Positions 33,152 to 48,704 of a stretch of 64,000 nucleotides of DNA are shown one piece after another (the stretch's first letter is position 1; each line of letters opens with the position of its first letter). The translations under genes were made by a program, and so were the position numbers. The DNA is from the human T2T-CHM13v2.0 reference genome, Homo sapiens. The notes below the pieces were generated by a model. The model worked only from the letters and a program-made list of their open reading frames with translations. It searched no databases and had not been told where the DNA came from. Location: the NCBI RefSeq assembly GCF_009914755.1, contig NC_060932.1; one strand, written 5' to 3'.

Positions 33152-33823
33152 TTGTGTTTTGCTGCAGAGGGATTTTTTAAATGATCAGAGGTGTTTTTTT
33201 TTTAACAGAAATTCATATTTTGCTAATATGAAGGCATAAAACAGTAACATAGAGTGATGTATTAAAAAATCAATTACACTGGGATAATGTTGATATTCGA
33301 AATGGCTAGATAATTGGGGAGTGTTAAATGCAACAAATGTCAATAATCACAAAGTGTTAAGGTTAGAGCAAGATCAGTCAATGGCTAAACAAAATTAACA
33401 TTTTTATAGGACTATTTCTGATTATTATCGTTTTTGTTTTGTAAATGAGGAATACTGTTAAGAATGGAAAAAAGAAAAAATAACATGCATGATGCTGAGA
33501 ATAGACATACAGCTTTCAAGTGAAAAGAACACAAAACTGAAGTTTTCATCCAACTCAGCCGGGTGCGTCCAAGAGTGGTTAAACCAATGACTTTGAGAAT
33601 TTGTTGAAGGTGTGTAAACCATCAAAGGGGTTCAATGTAGGCTCAAAGGAAGCATTTCATTCTGACTTTGCTGGTTAGGTATATTTTTTTTTTTTCAGTC
33701 TGCTAAAAGCCAAGTTATATACGCAGTGTTTACTTATCTGGCGCTTTAATTCAATAGGATTCACTTGCTAAGGTACACTGCCAATAAAACCTTAGAGTGC
33801 CTTCAGTTATAATTTAAATGAGA

Positions 33824-33840
33824 CATTGCCCTCTAGAGGT
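33824..33840 (-). promoter_or_regulatory. CTCF-like motif
   Basis: Minus strand reads aCCTCTAGAGGGCAatg. Confidence 0.4.
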
Positions 33841-35762
33841 CTTCTAAAAGAACTGACCTGGACAAGATCTAGATTTAGGCGAGACAATTAAGTAAATTAA
33901 AAACATACTTTAAGAACACAGTTGTACTTAACATTAATCAGTTAAATTGCTTATATGTGTTTCCAATATCCCTTTAAATTTGATATTAGCAAAAGCAGTA
34001 AAAATATCTGTAAAATACTCTGGTTTTCCATACATTTTCAAAAATTGTACATAGTTCTTTCTTTTTAAAATATTCACTTTTTGTCTTTTGTTGTTTTTCC
34101 CTAAAATAAGTAGAAAATCCATTTAGGCCAATCAATTTTGTGTTTATTAAGCAAACACAAATCTTTACAGCCATATTTCAATTATGTGGTGATTTGCTAT
34201 GCTCCAAGAGATTAAGTGATTGTGGGAACATAGTTCTCTTTGAAACACAGCTCTTCTTAATAAGAAGTCATAGGCCAATTTATTTATCACACAATTGTCT
34301 TGAAATATTGAGTATTTCTCGTGGAGAAAAAGGAATACAGTAATGATGCATTGATGGTAATGAAAAAAGTAGGGTTGAGAATGTGAGTGTGGGGTAGGCA
34401 TTGAATTACAAAGAGATTTTTATTTAACATCAAATCTAGTATTTGATTGTTTTTGTCCCAAAACTTTCTTCTTCTTTCTTTCATCTCCTTGAAGATAAAA
34501 TTAGATTTTTTTTTCTTGCTGTATGTCTTAGTACTCAATTGGTTCACTATATCCTTGGCTCCAGGTGACTTGAAAATCTTACTCCACGCACTTTCCTTAA
34601 TCTCCAGTAATCCTTAGCTTGTCAGTGTTCAACTCTTATTTTTCAGCATCACAAGGTGCTTCTCAAATAATCACTCTTAAACGGAGGAGGATGGTGGAGG
34701 AAGACAAGTCTTTGAGTGAGGATCATCAGATGAATCTGGATACTTCCATCTTCACTTTTCTGCCTAAAATTCATAACCAGGAAGCTAAATATTTATACTT
34801 TGATTTACTAATTCATTCAATCGTCACCCACTCACCCATTTATACACTCACACAACACTCATGCTTTCAGCAGCTATTAGGTGCCAGACACTATGTGAAA
34901 TCTAATATTAAACCTGGTGGCAGGGATTAATACCCTACACCTGGTATTATTAATCCCTGGTGAGATATTGTCGCTGCCCAATGCCCTTTTAATGTCCTCC
35001 TTGCTCCTTCCTGATCTCTTTTTCTTTGAACATGTTAGGCCCTTTGAGATTAGGATAGAAACCGTTCAGTGAGAATATGACAGAAATCTGAGAAATCTTT
35101 TAAAAATGGAAGCTGTAACCTAATCTACACTGCCAGCATCTTTATGAGATCTGGACAGTTTCCCTCCACCTGCTCAGTTTGTTGCCAATGCTTGGTGTCT
35201 TCAGGAAGTGGCTTTGTTATCTTCCTAAATTTTCAGCTACTTGTTGCATGTCTTTATTAAATCTCTGACTCAACACTGGCTTTCCTGAATGAGTAGCTCA
35301 TTCAGCAAGAAGGAGAATGCCCACTTCTGTTTTTGATAGCTTTCAAATTCTTACTACCTGAACTCCTGCCTGAGTTTCAGGGGACATACCCTCGAAAACT
35401 TGACCTGTTGTCTCTCGGCCCTCTGCAAGTTGCCAGTCAGATTTAATGACGTGATTGCTGACGAGACCAGGTAGAGCTCCATTGCTAGCAGGAAGAAGAC
35501 ACCCAGGAAGAATGGCTTTTTATTCCTAAGACATACAAAAGCCGTTTAATAAGTAAGAACTGAGTGTGTGGGGGAAAAATCCCTCAGAGAAAATGATCAC
35601 TACAATTTTCATTCTCCCCCATCTCCAATCCCCCAGTCCCAATTCTCCAGGCAGTAAAGGGAGGCAATGGGTTCTCTGTGGGGAAAGATAGAAAGCAGGA
35701 GTCAGGTTTGACAGAGGAGGGTAGTCTTGAGCATGGCACATTGAGGGCAGTAGTTTACTGGC

Positions 35763-35948
35763 AGGAACCGAACAGAAGTTCATGGAAGAAAAGGACCTGT
35801 AAAGAGGGCGTTTCTGTACACCGGGCTGTGTTCTTCTATCCAGCAATTGAAGGAATTGAATAGAACTTCATGGAAGAAAAGGACCTGTAAAGAGGGTGCT
35901 TCAGTTTGCCCAGCTGCATTCTTCTAGCCAGCAATTTAGGGAACTGAG
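35763..35948. repeat. Tandem duplication, 88-bp period, 2 copies plus a partial
   Basis: ttcatggaagaaaaggacctgtaaagaggg at 35779 and 35867; the rest is colinear but diverged. Confidence 0.92.
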
Positions 35949-36739
35949 TCATTCCATTTTGTAGCTTCCCTGTCCCCTCTGGTTTGAGTAGCTGCATACC
36001 ACCTATGTATTAATGTTGTATTCCTTATCTTTTCCACTAGATATATTCAGTATTTCAGTATAATTTTAGGACAAGTAAATTGGCCCATGACTTTCTACTA
36101 AGAATAGCTGTCTTTCAAAAGAAAAATCTGCTTCCAAAACCACGTAAAATAATTTCTCAAACATAGCCAATCATTGGATAATTGGAAAGTGGCCTGTAAA
36201 TACTTGTATTGCTTAACAAATACAAAATTGATTGGCCTTCCCTTTCCAGTGGAAGAAGGGGAAAAAGAGAGTGGAGGAAACTTGTCAGCATCTTTAAGGC
36301 CCTAACCCAAAAGAAACAAACATCACTTCCATTCATGTTCTCTTGTGAGTACTTGTCACATGGCTTTACCTGGATTCAACATGGGCTGGGCCAAGGCCTC
36401 CACCTTCTGGAAGGGAAAGCACACATTTTTAGATTTTAGGTATTATCTTTGAGACACAAGAAAATACATATTACTACATGGACATTAGTGCTGTGTGGTC
36501 TGATGTGTGTTCCCTTATAAGCAACTGTTAAAATATGATGAAACCACAAGACCAAATGTTTATTCTTCAATGTTCAGAAAGTAAAATGTTTCTAGTTATG
36601 AACAAGCTTAGTTTGGGAATTATTAAGCAATATAACTAAGCAATGCATTTCATCATCAATTCATCATTTTTTGTTTATATCATGTTCATGTTTATGAATC
36701 CAAAATACACATACAATAGTACAATTAAATCACGCTTCA

Positions 36740-37205
36740 GTTTAAAACCCCAGAGCTATCTAATCTCAGAATACAATCTAAGCTGCTCATAAGACCTTCA
36801 ACAGCCTGTATGACCTGGTTCTTACCCACATTTCCAGCTTTTCTCTCTCCACTCTTTGATTGATTCACGACTCTTTCCACATTCAAACTTTCTTTTCTTC
36901 CTGTTGTCAGTGAAAGAGAATTGCATTGCCAGGACCTTTGCAGCAACTTGTTCTTCAATTTCTCTTTCTCTTAATTTTAGCAAGGTTGTCATTTTGTCAG
37001 CATTGAGATTTTGGTGCAAATATCGTCTCTCAGGAAGCCTTCTTGGCTATCCTACACTACTTCACTGCCTGTCACACGACTTCATCTTCTATTTCCATTT
37101 ATTGACTACTTCCTGCTAGGCAGATGTTGCTCTCTGTTCACTGTTTGTCTTGAGCACCTGGAATACAGGTGCCTGGCATATAGTAGGCACTCAAAAATTT
37201 GGCTA
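36740..37205 (+). mobile_element. L2 3' end
   Basis: gtgcctggcatatagtaggcactcaaaaattt terminal motif. Confidence 0.7.
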
Positions 37206-37284
37206 AATAGCATGTCGATTTTCATAATATCCTAAATATGATATAGATGTTTTTCTTGGTTTAATAATTTAAAGAAAAGGTTTT

Positions 37285-37439
37285 CTTTGTTTTATTTTTA
37301 TTATTTTTTGTTGTTGTTGTTTAGAGATGAGCACTTGCTGTGATACCCAGGCTGGTCTCAAATTCTTGGGTTCAAGCAATCCTTCTACCTCTGCCTCTCA
37401 AGCAGCTGGGATTACAGGCATGCACCACCACAGCCAGCT
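37285..37439 (-). mobile_element. FLAM (free Alu monomer)
   Basis: Single monomer with a T-rich tail; degenerate TSD aaagaa(aa)g(g)tttt. Confidence 0.85.
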
Positions 37440-38045
37440 CAAAGAAGTTTTGTGTTAAAAAGCCTTAAACAAATTATTGTGAAATATTTATTTCAGATAA
37501 TATATACAAAATTATAAAGACAAGTTACACAAGTACCAGCATTTTAGGGTATGTGTGCATGAGGGTACAGCTTTCAAAAAGCCTATTACGTTCAGTGTTT
37601 CTGTACATTATGTAATTTAATGAACAGGGCAATGTGCAACGATGAGGAATGCTCAATGATAATCATTTTCTAGATGAGTTAATTGTGACTCATTAAGTTT
37701 AGCATGTTTTCAGTTTATTCAGAGAATAAATTAAAAAAGACGAAACCCAAACCCGAGACTTCTGGCTCCAGAGCCTGTGCTTTGTCTATTGAGATGTTTC
37801 TTTAACCAATGTGCTTCATATTCAGAAATGCCTGGTAGCATCATTGTCATGAAACGCATTTATTAAAACTTGTGGTACAATAACTGCTTTACGTCACTGA
37901 AAATGAATCAACTAACCTCACAAAACACCAAGCTAATGCAATTATTGGAGATTAGAATAATATGGTGAAACGTCAGTCTTAGTCTGGAAATCTAACACAA
38001 TTCAGAATAATTTATTTGTTTTTAAAGAGTCTAACATTAAGAAGG

Positions 38046-38062
38046 AGTGCCACCTTGTGGCA
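38046..38062 (-). promoter_or_regulatory. CTCF-like motif
   Basis: Minus strand reads tgCCACAAGGTGGCACT. Confidence 0.5.
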
Positions 38063-38262
38063 TTTTTTTTATGCCGGAGTGCAACCCAGCCTTCTTTTAA
38101 AGGTTTCATAAGTGTCCTAATGAATTTGCATTTTAATCACTGTATATCTTTGAAATTTGTAAATATACAACTTATAATAACATTCTATTAAAGATAGAGA
38201 AAACATCTAAAGTCTTGGAATGGTAATTATAACCATAATTACCATTCCATTAAGAATTTCCT

Positions 38263-38552
<290 letters not shown>

Positions 38553-40521
38553 AGAATTTCCTCATATTTTAGAGCAGAAAAAAAAATCTACCATCCTGTA
38601 CTTCAGTGTGTGTTCATTAATTTTTTGGTTTAATTTATGGGAAGGTAAAGCAGAGAAGCCCTGTGATTTCTCTTTTGTTTGAAAACATTGGAATCAAAAT
38701 GAATAAATTTAGGGAGAGGATTGAGATGCAGAAGATAATTGCAATTAAGACAGAGGTTTATCTCTTTTGTTCATTTGTTCTCCATCCCAGGTCAGGGAAC
38801 ATGGCATGACCCTCATATTGAATAGAAATAAGAATCTAATTACAAAGTGACTTTCTCATTTATTGAAGCAAGCTCAAGGATTTTTGTAAAATTCAACCAA
38901 ATTAGTTATGAGAGATGCCTAGTCCAATCTCCTCTTACAGAAATGTATACTTTGACATCTACCCAGTGATATTCTTTAAAAGGTATCTTTTCTTGTGGAA
39001 GAGTTGGAATGATCTAATTATGACACTTGTCAATTATGCTTAAGTAAGACACATCAAGATGTGTGAACATCATTTCCAGGAAGAAATAATGTTGAGGAGG
39101 AAATTGGTATAGTTGAAGAATCTCTTTTTTCAAGCTTCTTTGTCTGCAAATTATTCTGCTTTGTTTGGTGGGTATCTAAAGAAAAATCCGGCCTATTTAG
39201 TGCCTCAAATTAGTATGTGATTGGATGTCATCTTTTAACCTGCTTTAAGCTGAGAGTAAAGTGGGCAGATGACACCCTGCACCTAAAATTTCTGTTCTAA
39301 GAGAGGGTGATAAAAGGGATTAGAAAGCATTTTCACTTTGAAGCTGTCACCTTATTTCCCACACAAAATTCAACTCTTGGATAACTATTCCCTTGACTAA
39401 ATGAGCCATACTAATTTGCCTAACATAATGTACATCACACAGTTTAGTTGTATATCTGCAATATATTAGTGTCTGTGCTCTGAGCTGTGCACCCAAGGAT
39501 GGGGGTGAACCGAGAATGATTCCTAACTTCTTGGTGTTTACAGTTTAGCAGGAAGAAGAGGTGTAACAAAAAAATATCCAATCACATAAGAAGAGGTTTA
39601 ATGAGGAAAAGAGCGAAGTGAAATAAAAAACACACCCACAAAACAAAACAAAACAATAAAAAAACAAAGACTTGGAAGCGTGTTGCTGTTGCTGAAGGAA
39701 GAACAGGAAACAGTGTAAGGCTGGAGAAAATACACGAGTCAGATCACACAGGCACAGCTTTTAATTCCGTGGTATACAGGCGTTGGGTACCAGCTGAAAT
39801 GAAATTAACAATTCTTGTGCACCTCCCATGTGACAATTGTATTTAAGGCTCACAGTAATGCTGCATTTTTAAATTCCCAGTTTTGCAGATGAGAAATAGG
39901 ATTCAAAACCTGGTAAAGAATGGAGTTCGACATGGCCATTTCGGGGTGACATTAACTTCAAATACTGTAATATGTATCTTTCAAACATTTTACACAGGCA
40001 CACATCTCATATATTCCCTACGTAAAGACATTCAAGAATTAGACGAGGTAAAATATTTTTCTGGGCTATGAATAACAAGTTCAATATGTAGAGTGTGTAA
40101 TCAGTATTTAGCAGTGATTCTAAACCCAACTGAAAGTCTGTCCAAATGTATTTGCATCTCAGTCCTTCCATTTTTCCTGCCTCCTCCATCTTCATTCCCT
40201 TTCCTTGTAGTCCCTTCGGATTCTCCTTTATGTCTCCTTTTTTTCTTTCCTTTCCTCTTGTCTCAATTGGGGGAGATTTAATGTGGGTTGGATTGGTTGA
40301 ATACTGATGTATTACCTCTTCTTAACTTAAACATATTATAGTTTGCATGCACGAGCACGTAAGAAAAAAAACCAACAACAAAAGCAACTGTCCACCCAGA
40401 AAATAAATCGGTGGATTGAGAACTCAATATTTTGGAGTGAGAAGTCCTGTTCTCTTTCTACATTAAGCCTTTGCAATGCATGAACACTTCAGTTTTCTTA
40501 TTTGTAACTGACGATAACTTA

Positions 40522-40685
<164 letters not shown>

Positions 40686-40946
40686 TGCTGCTGTTTTCAC
40701 TACAAGTGCCCAGGTCCTTCCTCTGACCCATTTCCTACGGTGCCTGCTTTTCTGCAAGACTTTTAACTAACACTTCAACTACTGAAGCACATATAAACTT
40801 ATGTTGTCTGGAATCATATTTAAACCATGAAAAAATGGTCACTTCTGATTTTTTTTTTTTCTCTATGGAAAGGAGACAGCCCTGATTACTGATTTTATAC
40901 ATCTTAGCATCTTGTTTGTTACTTTGCATTTCCTGGCATGTTGTTA

Positions 40947-40965
40947 TGTCGCCATCTGCTGGACG
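40947..40965 (-). promoter_or_regulatory. CTCF-like motif
   Basis: Minus strand reads cgtCCAGCAGATGGCGACa, with CpGs retained. Confidence 0.55.
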
Positions 40966-41769
40966 ATCAGCAGGGTGTCACTGAAAACCGAGAAGCATCG
41001 CAAAAATTCTTCTTAGGCAATTGAACATGATTTAAGTCTTCTTAGGTACAAATCACCATAAACTTTGTTTGAAATAATGACTCACTTCTTTCATATATTA
41101 TGATATATCCATGAAACAAAATACTATGTAGTATTTAAAGCAATGAAATTGTCCTGAAATAAATGTAGTTCCAAGATTTATTAAAACATCTAAGAATCAG
41201 GGTGCAGAACGATGTGTATAACTGTGTTATTGTTTTCATTCCAATATCATATGTATGTAGATGCATATATTTACATAATTTTCATAGAAGACATTGTACA
41301 TGGTGACATTTTAACTCTTAACAGTGTTTACTTTGGAACAAAGTTAGTGAAGGTGAGGGTCTTTTTTTAAATTTATTTCTATCCACATTGTTTGAGTTTC
41401 TAATCATGCACATATATTACTTGTATTTGTTTTACCTTATTTTTGAATGTCAGTTGAGATTATTTGTATACTGAGATTTTAGAGCCATTTGTTTTACCTT
41501 TACATTTGCCTATGTTTAAAAATTGTTAATAAATGTGCTTTTAAAGTATTATTAACTGCTTTATTCATGCCCCACAACATTTTGTCTATTTTGTATAGTA
41601 GTTGTGATAATTTGCTTCTAGTATAGTTACTATATCAATAAACCCCAAGTTTTCCAGAATAAAGCTGGTTTCAAATATTCTGGCCTTTGGTTCCTAATAA
41701 TTACAGGTCTACATTTTATACTGTGAAGTCTCTTTCTTATAATTATAGTAAGTAGCTCATAGTAAAAGG

Positions 41770-42129
<360 letters not shown>

Positions 42130-43453
42130 TATTATCTGTCTTTTAGGGTGGTTATATTTGCCTCACTCACTTGTTTGAGAGCTCTTGAAGCCTGGAATAT
42201 ATAATAATCATCCTCATAACCTCAAGAGCCAGCAAAATGCTAATAACACTTTTTGAATTAATTTTTAATGACTTAGCAGAGAATTACAAGAACTAAGTAC
42301 AAGTTCTAAGTATCAAGACACACTAGGATGTAAAAGTGATCCTTTTCAAAATGTGAATTTGGGACCCCAGATATGTTTCTATGTACGAAATATTTCAGCC
42401 AATGTTTTAAAATTTTTATTTGTGGTTTTATTTTTTCTAAATAATTGTTATAATCCTTCCAACGGTGTGTATATTACTTTCAGCACCTATGAACACAACA
42501 GAGAAGTATATCCAAAAGTAGAGGAAAATTAAACACCAGTTTTAGACGTAATGGTTTAACTAAATGATAACGTCCACAGTAGGGACTGATTTATTCACCT
42601 TTACAGCCTAACTTTTAGCAGAGTGATCAGAATTGAAGCATTTCATTTGTGCGTAATTATTAACAACAATGACTTGTGTTTTCAAAGTTTTCTGAAACTC
42701 CTCTTTTACTTTCTGCTGATACATTAAGAAATCAAATTAACTTAAAATGAAGGGACATAAAAGAGGTCATGAGAAAATAAAGCAGGAATTGGGTCTAGTT
42801 TAGTCTATGAATTAGGGAACAAATCCTAAAAGTACTAAGGAAGGAAAAGCTTCGTATTAAATGCTTATTTAAAATATATAGGTTGGCTATAAGTGGAAAT
42901 GTATTAACAAATTAAGGTGAGACAACAGTGGCCCTGTGAAATAATGTTGAGTGCAATAAAGAAAAGACGTTGGTCACTATGAGGCTCTCTTTTTTTCTTA
43001 CTACTTGTTTTAATTCTGGACAGAATCAATTTACTTCCTATTATGAAAGCTAAATTAGTACAGCTACGTGACCTCCTGACTTCCTCCCTCTCTCCACTTT
43101 CTAAAATTTGTTATTTGTATTGTTGTAAGTTTTACATGGTTAATGTTTATAAAGCTTATGTGCGGATTATAAAAAAAAGAACAAACAAAATACCCCTTTA
43201 AACAGCTGTAATGAGGTAGTTGTATACATCCAAATATATTGTATACTTTGAAGGTATACAATTTGATAAATTTTGACATGAATGTACACTTAATAAATCA
43301 TCATAATCAAAATGCGGAACACATCTGTCACCCCTGAAGGTTTCCCTGTGCCGTTATTTTATCCTTCTCACACTTTCCCATTGCCCCACCCAATCAACCG
43401 GTATGCTTTTTGTAACTGTCGCTTAGCCTGCATTGTCTAGAATTTTATATTTA

Positions 43454-45381
<1,928 letters not shown>

Positions 45382-46496
45382 TAGTGCAAGTATCGATAGA
45401 TGATTCCTTTTTATTGCTAACAGTGCATTATGTGAATATATTACATTTTGTTCATCCATTCACTTGTACGTGTTTCCAGTTTTTAACTATGGTATATCAG
45501 AACACCCATCTGTGATAGTATTTTGGTATGTCTTTTGCATGCAGGTAACATTTTTTTTGCTCTGAAAGAAACATATTTACAAAATTATTTTAGATTATTC
45601 ACTTTTAAATGATACCTTATTTTTGGCTCTAAACAAAAGAGTCAGCCTTCCTAATTCATATCGCTACTACCACTGATTAATCATTTAAAAAATTCTACTG
45701 ATTTGCTTAAAAATCTTTGATGACTCACTACAACCTGGGTGGGATACAATAACCTTTTAAAATGATATGATGTGTTTTCTTCTCTTTGCTCTGTATAATT
45801 TTCCTATCACCAATTCCCTCATCCCAAGAAGGTAACTAAAGCTTCTTTCGCCCCCTGCCTTAAAGGATTTTATGTTACAGAGCCCAAATGTGAATTTTCC
45901 AGGCAAGCTATACTAATATCTAAGTTTTCAAAGCTTATGCATACTGAGAGGTTTTAGGGAGAATTGTTTCAGAAGGAATGGTTTAGAGGCAGGAGTTATT
46001 TGGTTGGGGACCTGAAGTAGCTGGGTCTAGAAATATTTAGAGGTCTTACCTCATGCCTAAAAGTCGGACAAGACACCTATGGATTTTGAAACTATCTAAG
46101 TTCAGCTGTCTGCTCCCATGCAGAGCTGTCCCTGATCACACACGGGATGGTGTGTTGAAGAATGTCAGAGAGGGTTGAACGGTAAGACCTGTGGGAGCCA
46201 TGGCAAAGATTTCAAGGCCAAGTTTGATAGTGAAGCATGGACAGAGGTGTATCATTGGCAGCTACTAAGCAAAGCATGCATGAAGTCCTTTCCTCTAATG
46301 TTTGTCACTATTTAAAACACCAAACGTTTTGCATTATCCTAAAGGTGGAAGTAGGGCATCCCCCAAACATGACTGAAGTAGAATTGTCCACCAGTTAGAC
46401 GTCTGAGGCATTGAAACATTTACATCCATTTGAAAAACAAAGGAAAAATGGTATTTCTTTCATACTAACGTTATGGATTAAAAGTCACACCATCTA

Positions 46497-46797
46497 TGCT
46501 GGGTGCGATGGCTCACACCTGTAATCCCAGCACTTTGGGAAGCCAAGGAGGGAAAAACGCTTGAGCCCAGAGGTTCGAGACCAGCCTAGACAACACAGTG
46601 GAGCTCCCAACTCTACAAATAATGAACAAATAAATGGCAAGCCAGGCATGGTGGTGCATGTCTGTGGTCCCAGCTGAATGGGAGGCTGAGGTGGGAGAAT
46701 CACTTGACTACTGGGAGGCCGAGGCTGCAGTGAGCCATGATCATGTCACTGCACTCCAGCCTAGGTGACAAAGAGAGACCCTGTCTCAAGAAAAAAA
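46497..46797 (+). mobile_element. AluJ
   Basis: cttgagcccagagg, ggctgcagtgagccatgatc, agaccctgtctc; 17-bp TSD aaaag(t/c)cacac(c/t)atcta. Confidence 0.92.
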
Positions 46798-46819
46798 AAA
46801 AGCCACACTATCTAGATTC

Positions 46820-47320
46820 ATTAGGTATAATTAATAACATGTCTGGCTACAAATAGCAGGAATCTCAACCAACAGCAGTTTAAACAACAAGCATGTATTT
46901 TTCTCACATGACAGACATCAAGGTTAGAGATTAGCCGCTGGCACTGGTTCAGCTGATCTGCAATGTCTCCCTCCAACTTAGCATGCTGGCTCTATTCTCC
47001 TGTTGAGTTTTTAAGTCTTATGGCCACAAGATGGGCCGTGACAGATAAAGACATTGTATAAAGCTCAGGACAAGAAAAAGGAGCAAAAGGGGGCTGTAAC
47101 ACTTCCATTTGCTCACTTCATAGGAAAGCAAAAGCGTTTCTTGAAACTTCCCAGAGATTCTCACTTGTGTCTCATTTTCAAGAAGTGTTTCACCTGACCA
47201 CATCTAACTGTGATGCTGGAATAGTCAGTATTTATCTCCTATATAGGCTTTAGTGGAAATAAGACAAGTGAGAAGGGGGTTGAGATTAGGAGTGGTTCAG
47301 CTGATCCACAGTATCTTCCA
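46820..47320 (-). mobile_element. Old MLT1 (J/K/L-like) LTR
   Basis: aacagcagtttaaacaac...atttttctcacatgaca...tggccacaagatgg pattern. Confidence 0.5.
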
Positions 47321-47560
47321 TACCCTGAAATTCCAAAGTCGTCCGGCGAGTCTAGAAGTCTCTCCACAGTCTAGCCCTGACTTACCTTTCTAGTCCTGAC
47401 TTCTGTACTTCTATTTAATATAATAGGGATTCTTTTCTCCAACTGGGGTCCTTCCGATTCTGCATAAGCATCCTTGCCTCTGCTGCACACGTCTTATCCT
47501 TTCTTTGATATATTTTCCCACGCATCCTCACTTCTCATCATTTATTCTTCATTACCTGCT

Positions 47561-47946
47561 TGAAATGATTTGGCTCCGTGTCCCCACCTAAATCTCATAT
47601 TGAATTGTAATCTGATTTGTAATCCCCAGGTGTCGATGGAGGGACTTGGTGGGAGGTGATGATTGGATCATGGGGGCAGTCTTCCCATGCTGTTCTCGTG
47701 ATAGTGAGTAAATCTGACGAGATTTGATGGTTTTATAAAGAGTAGTTTCCAATGTGCTTGCTCTTCTCTCGCTCGCCTGCTGCTTTGTGGAGAGTGTTCC
47801 TGTTTCTCCTTCGCCTTCCACCACGATTTTAAGTTTCCTGAGGCCTACCCAGCCATGTGGAACTGTGAGTCAGTTGAGCCTTTTTCGTTTATAAATTACC
47901 CAGTCTCAGGCATTTCTTTATAGCAGTGTGAAAATGGACTAATAAC
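47561..47946 (+). mobile_element. THE1D-like solo LTR
   Basis: tttggctccgtgtccccacctaaatctcat...aaaatggactaata; TSD ctgct/ctgct. Confidence 0.9.
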
Positions 47947-48704
47947 CTGCTGAAATCTTTCTCACTATTCTACCTTACAGTGATTTGTATGTTTTTAAAA
48001 ATGAACAAGTGGCGTATCTCACAAAATAATTGATATTTTTGTAGCTTTTAAATTTTAGACTGTAGCTAATACCTACATGTTTTATTAAAAGAAATAAATT
48101 TAGAGTTGCTCTGAAATATTTAATCATTTTAAACAGTAAAATCACAGGGCTCTTAAAAGTTTCTGCTTCATATAGGAAGAAGTCATGATTACTTTGACCT
48201 TCCCAAGGGACCTACTAGGAAAGTGAATGAAGATTCTAGTATCAAATTTTTATCTTATAAATTGGTGAACTTGATCACAGGCCTAATTAATTTGAAGATT
48301 TCTAGACCCAATTCTTAAACTTAATCCAAATAAACCTACGATTTGCATTTTTTATGAGAGTCCCCAGGTTATGTTGATCTAGATGATTTCCTGATCACAT
48401 TTTAGAAGCCACCATTACGGAGAGAGGGGGATAATTAGAAAAGCCACAGCTACAGCCATTTGGGTGAAAATAAGAGTTGCAGCACCTGTGTGATAGAGGC
48501 TAACAAGCAGGAACTGTGTCTACCCGCGATACTTCATCAGGATAGACCAGACCTGATGGGACAAGACCAGTGTTTCAAACTATACACTAAAAGATTTTCT
48601 GGCCATTTTGTATAATATATAGCTTTTATTGTAGAGATGGATGTTATGCCATTTCTTTCTTTTAATCTTTAGCAAATACATTTACAGAGCTTTAAAAAGT
48701 AAAT

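Noticed and set aside
35763-35948. CRISPR-like repeat-spacer (30-bp identical repeats)
   Set aside because: Only two copies, the 'spacers' are homologous to each other, the context is primate and there are no cas genes.
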